Under the pieces are notes generated by a model. The model did no database searches. It saw nothing but the letters and a program-made list of their open reading frames with translations, and had not been told where the DNA came from. Positions 62,593 to 64,000 of a DNA stretch of 64,000 nt are shown in pieces. Each line of letters starts with the position of its first letter. Within the stretch, counting starts at the first letter, position 1. This stretch comes from an uncultured Thalassospiraceae bacterium (GTDB taxonomy: Bacteria > Pseudomonadota > Alphaproteobacteria > Rhodospirillales > 2-02-FULL-58-16), in contig CAZWEZ010000003.1 in the NCBI GenBank assembly GCA_964632795.1, positions 3,922 to 67,921 of the forward strand, given 5' to 3'. Made by a program: the position numbers and the translations under genes.

Positions 62593-64000
62593 TGTTCGAT
62601 CTTGGGCGCACCTTTTTGGCCAGCGTGGCGCGGATGCCCGGGGCGCGGGCGATCTCCGACGGTCCCCGTTCGGCGACCTACGGCGAATGGCTGGACGATA
62701 TCCTGCACGTGGTCGGCGGCCTCGACGGACTGGGGTTGGACAAGGGCGACCACGTGGTGACGGTGCTCCAGAACCGGCGCCAGGCGGTGACCCTCCACAT
62801 CGCCTGCCAGATCGCCGGGTTGGCCATCACGCCGCTCAACTGGCGCTCCGGGGCCGAGGAACTCGACTACGTGCTCGACGACGCCGAGGCCAAGGCGGTG
62901 GTCTTCGAGGAGGCGACCCAGGACGCCGTCGCCGGCACCGGGGCGGCGTCCGCCATCCCGCGGATCGGCGTCGGGACCGCAAGCGGGGCCACGGCCACCT
63001 GGGCGGAACTCGCCGCAACCGCGCCGGCCGAAGCCGTTTCCCGAGCCTCGGTCGAGGACACCTCGGTCATGCTGTACACCTCGGGAACCACCGGGCGGGG
63101 CAAGGGCGTGCCGCGCAGCCACCGGGCCGAACGCGCCGCCGCCCTGGCCCATGTCGCCCAGAACCGGTACGCCCGGGGCGAGGTCACGCTCGGTGTCATG
63201 CCGCTCTACCATACGATGGGGGTGCGCTCCCTGCTGGCCTCGGTGATGATCAACGGCCATTTCGTCTGCCAGCGCAGGTACGATCCGGGCCAGGCCCTGG
63301 ACTTGATCGAGAGCCACCGGATCACCAACCTGTACCTGGTGCCGACCCTTTATCACGACCTCCTGGGGGAGCCGTCGTTCGCTTCGCGCGACGTCACCTC
63401 GGTGAGCAAGCTGGGCTTCGCCGGCCAATCGATGACCGACGGGCTGCTCAAAAGGCTGGATGAGGCCTTCAAGCCGGAGCTGTTCGTCAACCACTACGGA
63501 TCGTCGGAAATCTACACCTTCACCATCGAGCCGGACGCGCCGGCCAAGCCCGGCTCGGCGGGCAAGGCCGGGCTGAACCAGGAGATCCGCGTCATCAAGC
63601 TGGACTCGACCGATCCCGAGGACCGCGCGGGGACCAACGAAGAGGGCCAGGTCATCGCCGCCCTGGACGGCGACGAATCCTTCGCCGGCTACTGGAAGCG
63701 GCCGGACGCCGACGCCACGGCGCTTCACGACGGCTGGTACTTCACCGGCGACATCGGCTTTTGCGACGGCGACGGGGACCTGTTCGTCACCGGCCGGGTC
63801 GACGACATGATCATCTCCGGGGGCGAGAACATCCTGCCGGTGGAGATCGAAAGCGTGCTGTCCCTTCACCCGGCGGTCGGCGAGGTGGCGGTGGTCGGCC
63901 TCGCCGATTCCCGCTGGGGACAGAAGGTCGCGGCATTCATCGCGCGGAGCGGCGACATCGACGCCGAGGGGCTGGACGCCTGGTGCCTGAAGTCCGGCCT
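62592..64000 (+). CDS. AMP-dependent acyl-CoA synthetase/ligase (3' end outside window)
   Basis: This ORF is not in the supplied track because it has no stop in the window. My own translation from ATG 62592, which overlaps the previous stop (TGATG), gives MFDLGRTFLASVARMPGARA...MLYTSGTTGRGKGVPRSH (AMP-binding motif I), ...NHYGSSE..., ...WYFTGDIG...GRVDDMIISGGENI. Confidence 0.8.
   Translation, partial: MFDLGRTFLASVARMPGARAISDGPRSATYGEWLDDILHVVGGLDGLGLDKGDHVVTVLQNRRQAVTLHIACQIAGLAITPLNWRSGAEELDYVLDDAEAKAVVFEEATQDAVAGTGAASAIPRIGVGTASGATATWAELAATAPAEAVSRASVEDTSVMLYTSGTTGRGKGVPRSHRAERAAALAHVAQNRYARGEVTLGVMPLYHTMGVRSLLASVMINGHFVCQRRYDPGQALDLIESHRITNLYLVPTLYHDLLGEPSFASRDVTSVSKLGFAGQSMTDGLLKRLDEAFKPELFVNHYGSSEIYTFTIEPDAPAKPGSAGKAGLNQEIRVIKLDSTDPEDRAGTNEEGQVIAALDGDESFAGYWKRPDADATALHDGWYFTGDIGFCDGDGDLFVTGRVDDMIISGGENILPVEIESVLSLHPAVGEVAVVGLADSRWGQKVAAFIARSGDIDAEGLDAWCLKSG

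Noticed and set aside
62495-63463. 322-aa plus-strand ORF listed in the ORF track downstream of the second FeS subunit
   Set aside because: It is out of frame relative to the real gene. The frame starting at ATG 62592 gives canonical AMP-binding motifs (YTSGTTGRGKGV, GDIG...GRVDDMI) and stays open to the window end. The listed ORF is R/G/P-rich noise.

Overview
This is a high-GC, alphaproteobacterium-like chromosomal window that is almost entirely protein-coding. I saw no rRNA, tRNA or CRISPR array. All calls come from reading the supplied ORF translations and the DNA by eye, so family names are motif-level recognitions and many start codons are uncertain.

Content in order:
1. Tandem NarK nitrate/nitrite transporter modules (1-3295), followed by IS debris.
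2. A nitrogen-compound catabolic patchwork (4.3-22.7 kb). It holds a DUF1989 protein, an XRE regulator, a RidA protein, a polysaccharide-deacetylase-fold hydrolase, an amidohydrolase and a five-gene peptide/opine-type ABC importer. It also holds a single-chain triple-RidA protein, a decayed carbamoylase-type M20 gene, a divergent ureohydrolase-fold protein, an M24 creatinase/prolidase-fold gene bracketed by a dispersed repeat, and an orphan Frd/NadB-type flavoprotein.
3. A visibly lower-GC mosaic island (about 22.7-35.1 kb) punctuated by IS5/IS1182, IS66 and terminal-repeat remnants. It carries a threonine aldolase, an amidinotransferase/DDAH-fold enzyme, an enolase-superfamily enzyme, an M20 + M24 hydrolase pair and an EutA-like racemase-fold protein. 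It also carries a polar amino-acid ABC importer in EhuABCD gene order and a GntR regulator.
4. A second M20 + M24 pair.
5. A divergent TPP-enzyme/DUF1330 unit.
6. An SBP, an Fe-ADH and an AraC regulator, then a tightly packed ~9.3 kb string. The string is a LIV-type ABC importer whose LivF ATPase is fused to a Tm-1-like UPF0261 domain, the matching TIM-barrel partner, a 963-aa flotillin with a 44-aa repeat array, and SRPBCC proteins.
7. Two back-to-back xanthine-dehydrogenase-family molybdoenzyme clusters. One is a four-ORF split type. The other has a large subunit fused to a CoxG/SRPBCC domain, in hmfABCD-like gene order. An acyl-CoA ligase gene follows and runs off the window.

The best candidates for something undescribed are the LivF::UPF0261 fusion with its operon context, the single-chain RidA pseudo-trimer, the repeat-expanded flotillin, and the nested inverted-repeat element between the SRPBCC paralogs.
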